The notes beneath the pieces are model-generated. The model made no database searches. It saw only the letters and a list, made by a program, of their open reading frames with translations, and was not told where the DNA came from. 64,000 nt of DNA, from positions 4,128,001 to 4,192,000 of the forward strand of contig OY769902.1 in assembly GCA_963669175.1 (NCBI GenBank), in the 5' to 3' direction. Positions 1 to 10,284 of this stretch are shown here, piece by piece (the stretch's first letter is position 1; each line of letters opens with the position of its first letter). Source of the stretch: a bacterium. Its GTDB lineage: Bacteria; Electryoneota; Electryoneia; Electryoneales; Electryoneaceae. A program made the translations under genes and the position numbers.

Positions 1-777
1 TGCTTCCTGGTAGATATGAACGCCCAGGGGCTCGTGATCGGGAATAGAAATCCCGGTTCCCGGTACGACCGTGTTGGTGTCGGTATAAGCACAGATCAAA
101 TCCTGGTGACTGATCGCATTGGGATCGAAGAACCGGGCATAGTTGGCGTAAGGATTGGATTCTGCATCACCGGAGGCATCATAGATGGAACTGCGCGTTA
201 CCAGTGTATCCCAGGTTGTCGATGGAAACTCAATATATCCATTGGACACCTGGGCGTTGATAGCGCCACCGATGGTAATAACGCTGTCCGCCGACAGTCG
301 TGAGAAATCGTACCTTCTGTCAATCTTGTTTACATGCTCAAAAATCGGGCTGAATTTGATCCGATCAGTAGCCGATGAGGTAAACTCCCAACCGCCATCT
401 TCGTAATCGAACACACCGTCATAAATGGCTGTGCTGACATAGGCACGGTTATTTTTAACACCTCCCACCCATATCCCCGAGTATGAGAAGTGCTCAATCT
501 GTTCCTGCAACATGCTGCTCTTCAGGCGGTACCAGCAGGAAGGCTGATCCTCATTATTGTAGCCCTGCCCGAGAACACCAAAGTTGGTGATCGTCAGTCC
601 AATATCCCCGACATTGTGATAATGCCAGTAATCGTCGGACAACGTGTTTCGGGTCTGGTGATCACGTCCACCAGCCGCCCAAACGCTGGTAACCAGCAGA
701 CAAATAAGAAGTATACCGACAAACTTCACCCTTCCGGTGAGTCGCCGGTCATCCAATCTGTACATGGCTTTTTCCAT
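1..777 (-). CDS. Secreted FCB-type hypothetical protein, 3'-truncated by the window edge
   Basis: Not in the ORF track because it has no stop in the window. Manual translation gives MEKAMYRL..KFVGILLICLLVTSVWA (signal peptide), then HNVGDIGLTITNFGVLG...GIWVGG, and the frame stays open to base 1. Confidence 0.75.
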   Translation of the reverse strand, partial: MEKAMYRLDDRRLTGRVKFVGILLICLLVTSVWAAGGRDHQTRNTLSDDYWHYHNVGDIGLTITNFGVLGQGYNNEDQPSCWYRLKSSMLQEQIEHFSYSGIWVGGVKNNRAYVSTAIYDGVFDYEDGGWEFTSSATDRIKFSPIFEHVNKIDRRYDFSRLSADSVITIGGAINAQVSNGYIEFPSTTWDTLVTRSSIYDASGDAESNPYANYARFFDPNAISHQDLICAYTDTNTVVPGTGISIPDHEPLGVHIYQEA

Positions 778-1258
778 GAATTGAGCAATTCCTTGAGGTC
801 GCCTGTATCCACTTCTCGTACGGCTCGAACGGTGAATGTACAAAGACATACTCGTTTAAGCACCCCTCTCCTAACATTTTTTTCAACTCCTTATACATGG
901 TGATTACTACTTATTTTTGTTGTGATTACTACCTAAACCAATGAGAAGTAAGGTAGTATTCCAATTGTTAGCATTCTTTTAAGAAAATGCCAGCCTTCAA
1001 CTCTCGGAGCGTCAAAAAAATAAGAATACCCTCCACTTACAGGCAGGGGCGTCAATTTCTTATCGCAATGTTTGCACTGTGTTAAATATTAAGCTCTTGA
1101 GAGAACAGCCTGTTCAAGAAAGAAACTGCAACGAAACGCTGATGGGGCTTTGATGTATCTCCTATCTTCTTTACCTTTACGAGTTAACATGGAACCCTGA
1201 TTTACTGAAGATTGTGTAGACTCACAGCCGAGCCGGCCCAAAAACGAGAAGAAACATC

Positions 1259-2569
1259 ATGAGGCTTTCATCAAGTCGTGTATACTTCACCAAACTTCCT
1301 GTCTTCCTGCTATTGTCGCTGATAGCACTGGGATGCGGTGGTCCTGAACTTCCTACTTTTACGGTACAACGTGGATCCTTCACTGTCAGCATAACAGAAA
1401 CCGGTGAATTGGGTGCGACAAAATCTGTGAGTGTATCTGCTCCTCGCATTCGAACAAGGAGCCTCCAGATTGTGCAGCTTGCTGAAAAGGGATCACTTGT
1501 CGAGAAAGGCGATACTCTGATTGTATTTGATGGCACAGAAATGAGGAAAGCCATCGAAGAAGCCCAGAACAAGCTTGATATCGCCATTGCCAACCGTGAG
1601 AAAAGCCTGGCCTCCATGGCATCGAGCATGGCGGCGCTTGAAGCCTCGCTGAAAAGCGCCCAGGCAGGATACAAGCTTGCCGAACTGCAACTCAAACAGA
1701 TGCAGTTTGAGGCCGAAATAAAACGGCAGGAAGTTCAACTTCAATTGGAACAAGCCCAGATCAGCCTGAAACAGGCTGAGGAGAAGATTGAACAGCAGAA
1801 GAAGATTGATGAAGCGGATCGTCGCACCCTTGATTTGCAGGTGGAACAGGCGGAAGCGGATCTTGACCTGACTCGAAACGACTTGAAGAAGTTGACCGTC
1901 CTCGCCCCCCAACCCGGATTGGTCGTCTACAAAAAGATCTGGAAAGGTGGCGATTTTTCTGAGGTCCAGATAGGTGATGAACCCTGGCCGGGGCAAGCGC
2001 TTATTGAATTGCCTGACCTGAACAATATGCAGGCGAACAGCGCCGTAAGTGAAGTGGATGTTTCCCGGGTTAAAACCGGGCAAAGAGCCAGTATCGTACT
2101 GGATGCCTTCCCGGACCAATCCTTCGCAGGCGAAGTCACTGATGTTGCGACTCTGGCGCGATTGGATGAAAACGCTTCCGGTGAAGTGAAAGTCTTTGAC
2201 GTTGAAATCGCAGTTCTCGAAACTGATCCGATTTTAAAACCAGGCATGACAGTTTCTGTCACGATCATCGTAGACGAAGCTGATTCAGTCCTGTCCGTTC
2301 CACTTGACGCAGTATTTGTTGAAGATGGCGGTCAAGTTGTCTACAGAACGCGTGGCGGTGCGACGGAGATTGTTACCGGGCTGCGCAATGAAAACTTTGT
2401 CGTGGTCGAGGAAGGGTTGAAAGAACGCGATAAGGTCTACCTGGTTGATCCCAACAAACCATTTGACGCAGAATCCTATACCGGTTCAGGACAGCAGGAG
2501 ATGAAATCCGATAACGGACCGAGTACCACAACGAAGACGACAAGAACCGTAACCGTCATCGGCGGGTAA
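1259..2569 (+). CDS. Efflux periplasmic adaptor (MacA/HlyD-like membrane fusion protein), lipoprotein
   Basis: LALGC lipobox, lipoyl-like halves (EKGSLVEKGDTL; APQPGLV), long coiled-coil hairpin and LKPGMTV motif. Confidence 0.9.
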   Translation: MRLSSSRVYFTKLPVFLLLSLIALGCGGPELPTFTVQRGSFTVSITETGELGATKSVSVSAPRIRTRSLQIVQLAEKGSLVEKGDTLIVFDGTEMRKAIEEAQNKLDIAIANREKSLASMASSMAALEASLKSAQAGYKLAELQLKQMQFEAEIKRQEVQLQLEQAQISLKQAEEKIEQQKKIDEADRRTLDLQVEQAEADLDLTRNDLKKLTVLAPQPGLVVYKKIWKGGDFSEVQIGDEPWPGQALIELPDLNNMQANSAVSEVDVSRVKTGQRASIVLDAFPDQSFAGEVTDVATLARLDENASGEVKVFDVEIAVLETDPILKPGMTVSVTIIVDEADSVLSVPLDAVFVEDGGQVVYRTRGGATEIVTGLRNENFVVVEEGLKERDKVYLVDPNKPFDAESYTGSGQQEMKSDNGPSTTTKTTRTVTVIGG

Positions 2570-2631
2570 CTCACAGACGAGAATTCCGTTACAGGATTGG
2601 GTTATTTAACCGAAAGGGAACTTCCCGCTCC

Positions 2632-3861
2632 ATGACTATCCAGGAAAACGCACGAATCGGGTTGCAGGCACTCATGGCACAGAAAGTCCGTAGCTTTCTG
2701 ACCATGCTGGGGATCATTTTCGGAGTTGCGGCTGTTGTTGCGATGACATCCATCGGCGCAGGAGCACGTCAGGAATTGCTCGACGCCATTAAAGTGATGG
2801 GTGTAAACAACTTCATTGTACGTACTTCAGACTTGGATGGAGATGAATTAAACACTGCCATCGAACGCAATCCCAAGAAAATGAGTTTCGCCGATGTTGA
2901 GGCGCTTCGCACGATTGTAACTGAAGCACAGTTCATTGTCCCTGTCAGGGTGTATGAGAGTAAAACTCAGTTGCCTGCAGTTCAATCAGTCAATCTCGTT
3001 GGCACAACTCCTGAATACCAGAACCTGCAAGCGCTTACGCTGGTTGCCGGCAGGTTCCTGAAAGAGTCCGACATGACCAGCCGAGCTCCAGTGATTATTA
3101 TTTCGGAGAAGATGAAACGTGAGCTCTTCCCCCTGTCATCGGGACTGGGCGAGCAAGTCAAACTGCTGGACCAATGGTATACCATTGTTGGTGTCGTCCG
3201 CCCTCCTGTCAGCGGGAAGAGTATTCCCGGCATGGACATGCGTGATCTTCACGATGATATATACACTCCTATAAAAACGATGCAGGCGCGTGTCGCAGTG
3301 TCTCCGGAATCATCCCCTATCAGCGAGATCGTTATCCAGGCGCCGGACGAGAACCAGGTACGCATCACCGCTGCTGTTGTTTCTAGAGTGATAAAGCGAC
3401 GTCACCGTGATGCGAACGATTTCGAAGTCATTGTGCCGGTGGAATTGCTGAAACAGAGCCAGAAGACACAACGCATTTTCAACATTGTGATGGGAGCAAT
3501 CGCGTCCATTTCTCTGCTGGTCGGCGGCATCGGGATCATGAATATCATGCTCTCCAGTGTTCTCGAACGCACCCGTGAGATCGGGGTACGACGCGCCGTT
3601 GGCGCCACCCGAACCAATGTTGTCACGCAATTCCTGATTGAAGCGGTCATGCTGAGTGTGCTGGGTGGTTTTATCGGCATTGTCATCGGGGCTTTGATGG
3701 CGTGGCTGATCACCCTGTTCGCAGGTTGGACAACAGTACTGGGCATAAAAGCGGTAATTCTGGCTTTTGGCGTTTCTGCGGGAGTTGGCATCCTGTTCGG
3801 CTGGTGGCCAGCGAAAAAAGCCGCTGAAATGGATGTCATCAATGCGCTGCGATATGAGTAG
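2632..3861 (+). CDS. ABC transporter permease, MacB/FtsX family
   Basis: RSFLTMLGIIFGVAAVV and GGIGIMNIMLSSVLERTREIGVRRAVGA motifs, C-terminal ALRYE. Confidence 0.93.
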   Translation: MTIQENARIGLQALMAQKVRSFLTMLGIIFGVAAVVAMTSIGAGARQELLDAIKVMGVNNFIVRTSDLDGDELNTAIERNPKKMSFADVEALRTIVTEAQFIVPVRVYESKTQLPAVQSVNLVGTTPEYQNLQALTLVAGRFLKESDMTSRAPVIIISEKMKRELFPLSSGLGEQVKLLDQWYTIVGVVRPPVSGKSIPGMDMRDLHDDIYTPIKTMQARVAVSPESSPISEIVIQAPDENQVRITAAVVSRVIKRRHRDANDFEVIVPVELLKQSQKTQRIFNIVMGAIASISLLVGGIGIMNIMLSSVLERTREIGVRRAVGATRTNVVTQFLIEAVMLSVLGGFIGIVIGALMAWLITLFAGWTTVLGIKAVILAFGVSAGVGILFGWWPAKKAAEMDVINALRYE

Positions 3862-5419
3862 TAACTTGAACACACGAGCTACCATGTACAACTTTAAAAG
3901 ACATACAGCCGTATTTGTCCTGTTATTGCCGATACTGCTTGGTATGAGCAGCACGGGCATATCCCAGGGACAGGACACGCTGTTTATTGATCTGCGAATG
4001 GCGCTGGAACTTGCCTGGGAAGGCGCCCCGGATATGATATACAGTCAGCTCAACGACGAGTCTGCCCTGCTGAACATGAAGCTGGCCAAGGCCAATTATT
4101 ACTTCCCGCGGCTGGACATGAACCTTCAGACGCCTTCGCTGGAAGAAACCCAGACAGAAGCATCCGTCTATGATGCCACTGTGGGCGAGAATGTTTATAA
4201 ATGGTCCAGCACAAAATCACGCATGTGGTATGGTAACCTGGCGTTGTCACAACCTCTTCCGACTGGCGGTGACCTCAGCCTGGTGTCAACTTTTTATGAG
4301 AACTTCCGTAAAGACCAGTACGCAGATGATGAAACCCTTCGGAGCATGGCCTACAGGCTGGAGGTATCGCAGGATTTCCTGAACGGGAACCAGAGAAAAC
4401 GTGTCTACGACCGTGCCAAGCTCAGCTACGATCGAACCCGCTGGGGGTCCAGCCGTTCACGTCGCCAACTGGCCTACCAGATATTGCAGGCGTATTATTC
4501 TTTGCTGACCAGCCAGCGTTCACTCGAGATTTCCAGCGATGACCTGGAAGCCTCGAGTGAAATGGCGCAACTGGCAAGAAACAAGTATGAAGCCGGGCTG
4601 ATCCCTGAATCGGAAGCGCTGCAACTGGAAGTGGAAGTCCTTGAAAAAGAAGCCACTCTTGCTACAGAGGTCTCTACTCTGGCAACCAGCCTGGAAGCAT
4701 TCCGTATCACACTCGGGCTTGATCTGGACCGTCCTCTCAAGGTTATCGGCGCCCCCCAGTTCAATTCAATCTCAATTGACCTGGATAACTCTGTGGCGCT
4801 GGCGTTGGCAGAACGAGAGGATCTTCGTCAGCATGAGATCAATGTCGATCTGGCTGAATTTGATCTGAAAGACGCCAAACGTGACTATGGTCCCAGCGGC
4901 TCTATCAGCGCTTTTTACTACCTGGACAGACGTGAAGATCAGGAATGGAACGCCTTACTTAATACACCCCTGGGAGATTACCAGGTAAATCGAGGGGTTA
5001 CAGTAAGTTTTGCGGTTCCGATCTGGACTGCGGGCAGACGTAGCGCTGCCGTGCAAATGGCGAAAGTCGAATTGCGCCGAAGCCAGTTTGAAGAGGAAGA
5101 ATACAAACGCTCGATCATACTGGATGTCAGAAAATCCGTCCGTGAGATCGAAGAAGCCGAACGAAGGTATCAGACAAGCCTGCGCGCGCTGGAGCTGGCC
5201 GAGGTGTCCTATGGCCAGATGAAAGACCGGTTTGAGAACGGACAGGTGAGCGCCCGCGAATGGAGTGAATCCCAACTTGCCTTGAAACGTAGCAGAATCA
5301 ATGCTTTGAATGCTTTGATTGACCACTTGATGGCTGTTGCCGGGTTCCGTCTGGCGACCGGTCAGGATGTTGTTCCGTGGCAATCCGAAATGTCTGTTTC
5401 CCCACTTTCAGGGGATTGA
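3854..5419 (+). CDS. TolC-family outer membrane efflux protein
   Basis: Signal peptide and two OEP repeats (AYYSLL..; KYEAGLI; RFENGQVS). Start moved to the ATG overlapping the permease end; 3884 is an alternative. Confidence 0.88.
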   Translation: MSSNLNTRATMYNFKRHTAVFVLLLPILLGMSSTGISQGQDTLFIDLRMALELAWEGAPDMIYSQLNDESALLNMKLAKANYYFPRLDMNLQTPSLEETQTEASVYDATVGENVYKWSSTKSRMWYGNLALSQPLPTGGDLSLVSTFYENFRKDQYADDETLRSMAYRLEVSQDFLNGNQRKRVYDRAKLSYDRTRWGSSRSRRQLAYQILQAYYSLLTSQRSLEISSDDLEASSEMAQLARNKYEAGLIPESEALQLEVEVLEKEATLATEVSTLATSLEAFRITLGLDLDRPLKVIGAPQFNSISIDLDNSVALALAEREDLRQHEINVDLAEFDLKDAKRDYGPSGSISAFYYLDRREDQEWNALLNTPLGDYQVNRGVTVSFAVPIWTAGRRSAAVQMAKVELRRSQFEEEEYKRSIILDVRKSVREIEEAERRYQTSLRALELAEVSYGQMKDRFENGQVSAREWSESQLALKRSRINALNALIDHLMAVAGFRLATGQDVVPWQSEMSVSPLSGD

Positions 5420-5540
5420 TAACTGTTCTAAAAATATTATATTTACACAAGATACCTTTGTTCTTGATGGTTTCAATTAACCTGGCTACAATTCCTGTGT
5501 ACTTGCTAGAACTTCACACCGGGATACCCGGAGGTATTTC

Positions 5541-8500
5541 ATGTCGCAACGAAGTGCGTTAAAGAACGATTTAAGCAGGTATAAAAAGCTCGTAAAAAAA
5601 AATCCGCTGCTGTTTTCACGGGTTGCGGATATCGAGCTGAAGCTTGGACAGTACAAATCTGCTCGCAAACGCTTGGAAGATGGCCTGCGTTATCATCCCG
5701 ACCATTCGACGGGACGATTGCTGCTGGCCAAGGCGATGGAAAAAACCGGTTCACGTGAAGAGGCTATTGACGAACTGCGTACCCTGGTTAAACAGGAGCC
5801 AATGAATACCCGGGCAAGGCGTGAGTTTATCGCGGCCCTGACCGATTCCGGGCATACCGATGAATTACGACGCCAGATGTTCCAGCTTTACCAGATTGAT
5901 CCGGAAGACAAACAGAGTCGTAAAGGGCTTCGAACCCTGATCCTGGCAAAAGTCCGGGAAAAACACCCCAATATTCACGATTGGCCGGAAGAGTGGCTGC
6001 TTGCGGATTTTACCCGTGAAGGCGCGTTGGCCAAACGTGTAGCTCGTGACATGAACCTCGCAGAGGAACGCCCCTGCCCCCCGGACGATGTGGTTCCCGC
6101 GCTGGAAGACACCGATATCATCGATACCAAGGATGAATTGCGCAGACTGGGCGAACCGCTTGATCAACCATCTGTGGCAGCCCCGAAAAAACAACCTGAC
6201 ACTCCTGAAACTGCTGTTGAGGTCAGCCAGGAAGACCTCGATGAAACCATGCATGGCGAACTTAATACTCCAGAAGAATGGCAGCTCGATAAACAGGAAG
6301 CTACCGGTACGGTAACAACCGAACCGGTTGAAGAAATTGGTGACGAGGCGACGGAAGCAGATGAGGATGATTCCGCCCTTGCTGCATTGCAGGCGGATAT
6401 GGCGGCAATGCAGTTCGATCAGGAAAAACATGCTGCACCAACAGAAATGAAAGATGAAACACTAGTGGGAGATGAAGCTTCAACTGTTGCCACCTTTGAT
6501 GTGGAGCCGTTGCCGGATGACACCGAAGCGGAAGCGGGAATGATGGCTGAACCTGCGGATGAAACGGTTCTGGAAGCTGAAACAAGTGTTGATGAAGAAG
6601 TAACAACCATTGAAGAACCTGGCATTCCGACAGAAGAGGCTGACGACACATCGCTGGAAGATGAAGAAACGGATGAAACTGAAGACGAGGAACAAGAGGA
6701 AGAGGAAGAGGAAGAGGAAGAAGAGGAATATAACCCGGTCAAGGAAGCGCTAAGAGCTGCCGGACTTGAACCGAAAAATTATGTAGACGTTAAGAAGTTG
6801 CTTGCTTTGACTGAGCAGGAAGAACCGTCATTAATCCAGAAACCTTCCATAAAGAAGGCTGCCAAACGCCAGAAACCAGCCCCGACAGAAGAAAAACCGG
6901 TAGATGACGCTGAGGCCGCAACTGCCCCGGTTCAGTTGCCCGCAGATCAAGAGCAGAAATCGGCCGCAGAAGATAAAGCTGGCGATGAGTCAGGAAAAAC
7001 TGCACCGGCTGAAACGGATGCCGCAACGCAGCCGGAAGAACAGACACCTCAGGTAGAAATTGATGACCTGGACACCTCATTCTCGAAATCGGATATTGAC
7101 TCGATGTTTAAGGAAGCTGGCATTACAAGCAAAGAAGAACTTCAACAGATGCAAAAAGAAGAACACGAAGAATTGAAACAAGAGGATTCAAGCGAAACCA
7201 TCGAGCCGGGTGATATAGAAGAAGAGAAACCGGAAGAGCCTGCTCCTGCCGATGTCCCGGAAGCAACAGATACTGAATCCGCTGATTTCAACCAGGCGGA
7301 TCTGAATGCACTGTTTGATCAAAAACAGGATGATGAGGATAGCAGCTCCTTCAGCCAGGACGATATCAACGCGCTTCTGAAAGGTGGCGCATCGAAACCC
7401 GAACCCGCGCCCGAACCGGAAGAGGAACCCGCCCCATCCGCAGGCGGAGGATCGTTCAGCCAGGACGATATTGACGCACTCCTGAAAGGCGGCGCATCGA
7501 AACCCGAACCCGAGCCGGAACCTGAGCCCGAACCGGAAGAAGAACCTGAACCGTCAGCAGGTGGCGGCTCCTTCAGCCAGGATGATATCGACGCGCTTCT
7601 GAAAGGCGGCGCTTCCAAACCGGCCCCCGAACCCGAACCGGAAGAAGAACCTGAACCGTCAGCAGGTGGCGGCTCCTTCAGCCAGGACGATATTGACGCA
7701 CTCCTGAAAGGTGGCGCATCGAAACCCGCGCCCGAACCGGAAGAAGAACCAGAACCGTCAGCAGGTGGCGGCTCCTTCAGCCAGGATGATATCGACGCGC
7801 TTCTGAAAGGCGGCGCTTCCAAACCGGCCCCCGAACCCGAACCGGAAGAAGAACCAGAACCGTCAGCAGGTGGCGGCTCCTTCAGCCAGGATGATATCGA
7901 CGCGCTTCTGAAAGGCGGCGCATCGAAACCGGAACCCGAGCCAGAACCCGAGCCTGAACCGGAAGAGGAACCCGCCCCGTCAGCAGGTGGCGGTTCCTTC
8001 AGCCAGGACGATATCGACGCGCTTCTGAAAGGCGGCGCATCGAGACCGGAACCGGAGCCAGAACCTGAAGAGGAACCCGCCCCATCAACAGGTGGCGGTT
8101 CCTTCAGCCAGGATGATATTGATGCACTCCTGAAAGGTGGCGCATCGAAACCCGAACCCGAACCGGAAGAGGAACCCGCCCCATCCGCAGGCGGAGGATC
8201 GTTCAGCCAGGATGATATTGACGCACTCCTGAAAGGCGGCGCATCGAAACCGGAATCCGAGCCCGAACCGGAAGAGGAACCGGCCCCGTCAGGAGGTGGT
8301 GGTTCGTTCAGCCAGGATGATATTGACGCACTCCTGAAAGGTGGCGCATCGAAACCGGAACCCGAGCCCGAACCGGAAGAGGAACCGGCCCCATCCGCAG
8401 GCGGAGGATCGTTCAGCCAGGATGATATTGACGCACTCCTGAAAGGCGGCGCATCGAAGCCAGAGCCAGAAGAAAATGAAATGTCCCAAGCCGCTGCACG

Positions 8501-9593
8501 TACGCTTCAGGAATTGGACGCGAACGATGACTTTGATTTCGAAATCGGGTTCAGCCAGGATGACCTTGATGAATTGATTCAGGCCAAGAAAGAAATGGAT
8601 CGAAAGCCGGCAGCGCCTCCTTCACTTGGTCAGAAGGGGCCGCTAGGTCAGGATGACATCTCGGCCCTGTTTGCCAACCGAAGCCAGGTAAAAACTGAAG
8701 AGCCTCTGGCTGAACAGAAAGCAGAAAAACCTGTCGAAGATATCCCCGTTGAAGCAGTCGGTAACACAGGCAAGCCATTCAACCAGGACGATATTTCTGC
8801 ACTCTTCAGCCAGGTGAAGGAAAAAGGACAGGAAGCACACGAAGAGTTGGTGGAAGAATCGCTGGAAGACGAGCAACCGACTTCAGTTGCAGATATCATG
8901 AACGCCGCGCCGGATGAATCCCCAGTGGAAATGGCGGCCAGTGAGGCTGAAGCAATCGAAACTGAGACTGATAAAGTTGTACCAGTTGAAGAAGAAGAAG
9001 AAGTAGCAGCCGAAACGCCTGAAGCAGATGAAGCTCAGGAAATTGCAGCTTCGGAAGACATGCCTGTATCGCCATCAAAAACAACCCTGTTCAACCAGGA
9101 TGATATCAACTCCCTGCTTCGTGACATGGGCAGTATTCGTAGATCCGGTCCCAAACCGACTATTTCGCAAACCTTGTCCCAACCTCCCGCTGAACCGGAA
9201 ATACCGGAAGAAGCTGCGGAAGAAGTTGAATTGGCCGCAGAGCCGGTTATTGAGAAAGCTGCCGCCCAGAAAGATCCAGATGGCAGGTTTGACCTTGATC
9301 AATGGTTCCATTCCAAGCAGGATGATCAGGAAGCCGGCCCGACGCCCGAGAAGCCTTTGCCCAAACCGGCAAAGCCCCAGCCCCCTGTTGGGCAAGCGGG
9401 GACAAGCGCGCGCAAGGCCGTATTGCGTGGACCGGTCACAAAGACATTTGCGCGCCTGTTGTTGAAACAGGGCCACTCAGACCTTGCCTCTATCATTGCA
9501 CACCGGTTGTATTTGTTGAACCCGGAAGACCCGGAAGTGATTGATCTCCTGGCCGAGTCCATCTCCGGTATGGAAGAACCGGACGTCGAGTAG
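5541..9593 (+). CDS. Large acidic TPR protein with an array of SQDDIDALL motifs
   Basis: N-terminal TPRs, C-terminal TPR-like segment (VTKTFARLLLKQGH..LNPED), long acidic disordered middle; RBS GGAGG upstream. Confidence 0.85.
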   Translation: MSQRSALKNDLSRYKKLVKKNPLLFSRVADIELKLGQYKSARKRLEDGLRYHPDHSTGRLLLAKAMEKTGSREEAIDELRTLVKQEPMNTRARREFIAALTDSGHTDELRRQMFQLYQIDPEDKQSRKGLRTLILAKVREKHPNIHDWPEEWLLADFTREGALAKRVARDMNLAEERPCPPDDVVPALEDTDIIDTKDELRRLGEPLDQPSVAAPKKQPDTPETAVEVSQEDLDETMHGELNTPEEWQLDKQEATGTVTTEPVEEIGDEATEADEDDSALAALQADMAAMQFDQEKHAAPTEMKDETLVGDEASTVATFDVEPLPDDTEAEAGMMAEPADETVLEAETSVDEEVTTIEEPGIPTEEADDTSLEDEETDETEDEEQEEEEEEEEEEEYNPVKEALRAAGLEPKNYVDVKKLLALTEQEEPSLIQKPSIKKAAKRQKPAPTEEKPVDDAEAATAPVQLPADQEQKSAAEDKAGDESGKTAPAETDAATQPEEQTPQVEIDDLDTSFSKSDIDSMFKEAGITSKEELQQMQKEEHEELKQEDSSETIEPGDIEEEKPEEPAPADVPEATDTESADFNQADLNALFDQKQDDEDSSSFSQDDINALLKGGASKPEPAPEPEEEPAPSAGGGSFSQDDIDALLKGGASKPEPEPEPEPEPEEEPEPSAGGGSFSQDDIDALLKGGASKPAPEPEPEEEPEPSAGGGSFSQDDIDALLKGGASKPAPEPEEEPEPSAGGGSFSQDDIDALLKGGASKPAPEPEPEEEPEPSAGGGSFSQDDIDALLKGGASKPEPEPEPEPEPEEEPAPSAGGGSFSQDDIDALLKGGASRPEPEPEPEEEPAPSTGGGSFSQDDIDALLKGGASKPEPEPEEEPAPSAGGGSFSQDDIDALLKGGASKPESEPEPEEEPAPSGGGGSFSQDDIDALLKGGASKPEPEPEPEEEPAPSAGGGSFSQDDIDALLKGGASKPEPEENEMSQAAARTLQELDANDDFDFEIGFSQDDLDELIQAKKEMDRKPAAPPSLGQKGPLGQDDISALFANRSQVKTEEPLAEQKAEKPVEDIPVEAVGNTGKPFNQDDISALFSQVKEKGQEAHEELVEESLEDEQPTSVADIMNAAPDESPVEMAASEAEAIETETDKVVPVEEEEEVAAETPEADEAQEIAASEDMPVSPSKTTLFNQDDINSLLRDMGSIRRSGPKPTISQTLSQPPAEPEIPEEAAEEVELAAEPVIEKAAAQKDPDGRFDLDQWFHSKQDDQEAGPTPEKPLPKPAKPQPPVGQAGTSARKAVLRGPVTKTFARLLLKQGHSDLASIIAHRLYLLNPEDPEVIDLLAESISGMEEPDVE
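7345..8475 (+). repeat. 11 intragenic tandem repeats (~99-117 bp) encoding SFSQDDI(D/N)ALLKGGASKP(EP)nEEEP(A/E)PSAGGG
   Basis: Counted directly; units differ in the number of EP dipeptides and at synonymous positions. Confidence 0.95.
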
Positions 9594-9612
9594 AACGGGG
9601 AGAAATTCCGTT

Positions 9613-10218
9613 GTGAAGACACTTCCTGCGATTGGTCTGACAGGTAATATCGGATGTGGAAAATCAACCGTAGCTGCTGTCTGGCAGGAGCTGGGCGCAA
9701 CGATCATCGACGCTGACCAGGTTGGACGTGATGTTGTTGCTTTCGAGACTGAATACCTGGACTGGCTGAAAGATCGGTTTGGGACGAGTATATTCTCCGG
9801 TGACGCACTGAATCGTGCCGTACTGGGCCGAATTGTCTTTTCTGATAAGCAAGCGCGAGATGATATGAATCATCACATCTGGCCTTTTATCAGCCAACGC
9901 CTATCCGACGCTATAACATCAGCCCGATCCGGTGAACAAATTCCTGTAGTCGATGCTGCCTTGATTTTTGAATGGCAGGACGCATCGCGTTATGACGAAA
10001 TTGTCGTTGTAACTTGCGATGTTGATCAGGCCATTGCGCGTGCAGCCATACGAATGAATCTTACCGTCGATGAGATGCGGGACCGTTCCAGGAGCCAGAT
10101 TTCACAGGAGGAAAAAGCGGCTCGTGCGCACTACGTTTTGCAGAATACCGGAACGCTAAGAGAATTGAAAGAAAAAGCGGCACATTATTGGCATGATTGT
10201 GTCGCGCGTTTTTCTTGA
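9613..10218 (+). CDS. coaE: Dephospho-CoA kinase
   Basis: IGLTGNIGCGKST P-loop, IIDAD, LNRAVLGRIVF, VVDAALIFE; GTG start chosen. Confidence 0.93.
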   Translation: MKTLPAIGLTGNIGCGKSTVAAVWQELGATIIDADQVGRDVVAFETEYLDWLKDRFGTSIFSGDALNRAVLGRIVFSDKQARDDMNHHIWPFISQRLSDAITSARSGEQIPVVDAALIFEWQDASRYDEIVVVTCDVDQAIARAAIRMNLTVDEMRDRSRSQISQEEKAARAHYVLQNTGTLRELKEKAAHYWHDCVARFS

Positions 10219-10284
10219 GAAATTCTGACAAACCTGGTTTTGGTCTCTCAGGTTGCCATGCCAGGTTATTTGGAGGGGAAACAG

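Noticed and set aside
16-903. Plus-strand ORFs at the window start
   Set aside because: The real gene is on the minus strand (1-777) and is missing from the track because it is truncated.
7345-8475. Possible CRISPR array (regular repeats with variable spacing)
   Set aside because: The repeats are in-frame coding units with synonymous variation, the spacers are related EP runs, and no cas genes are present.
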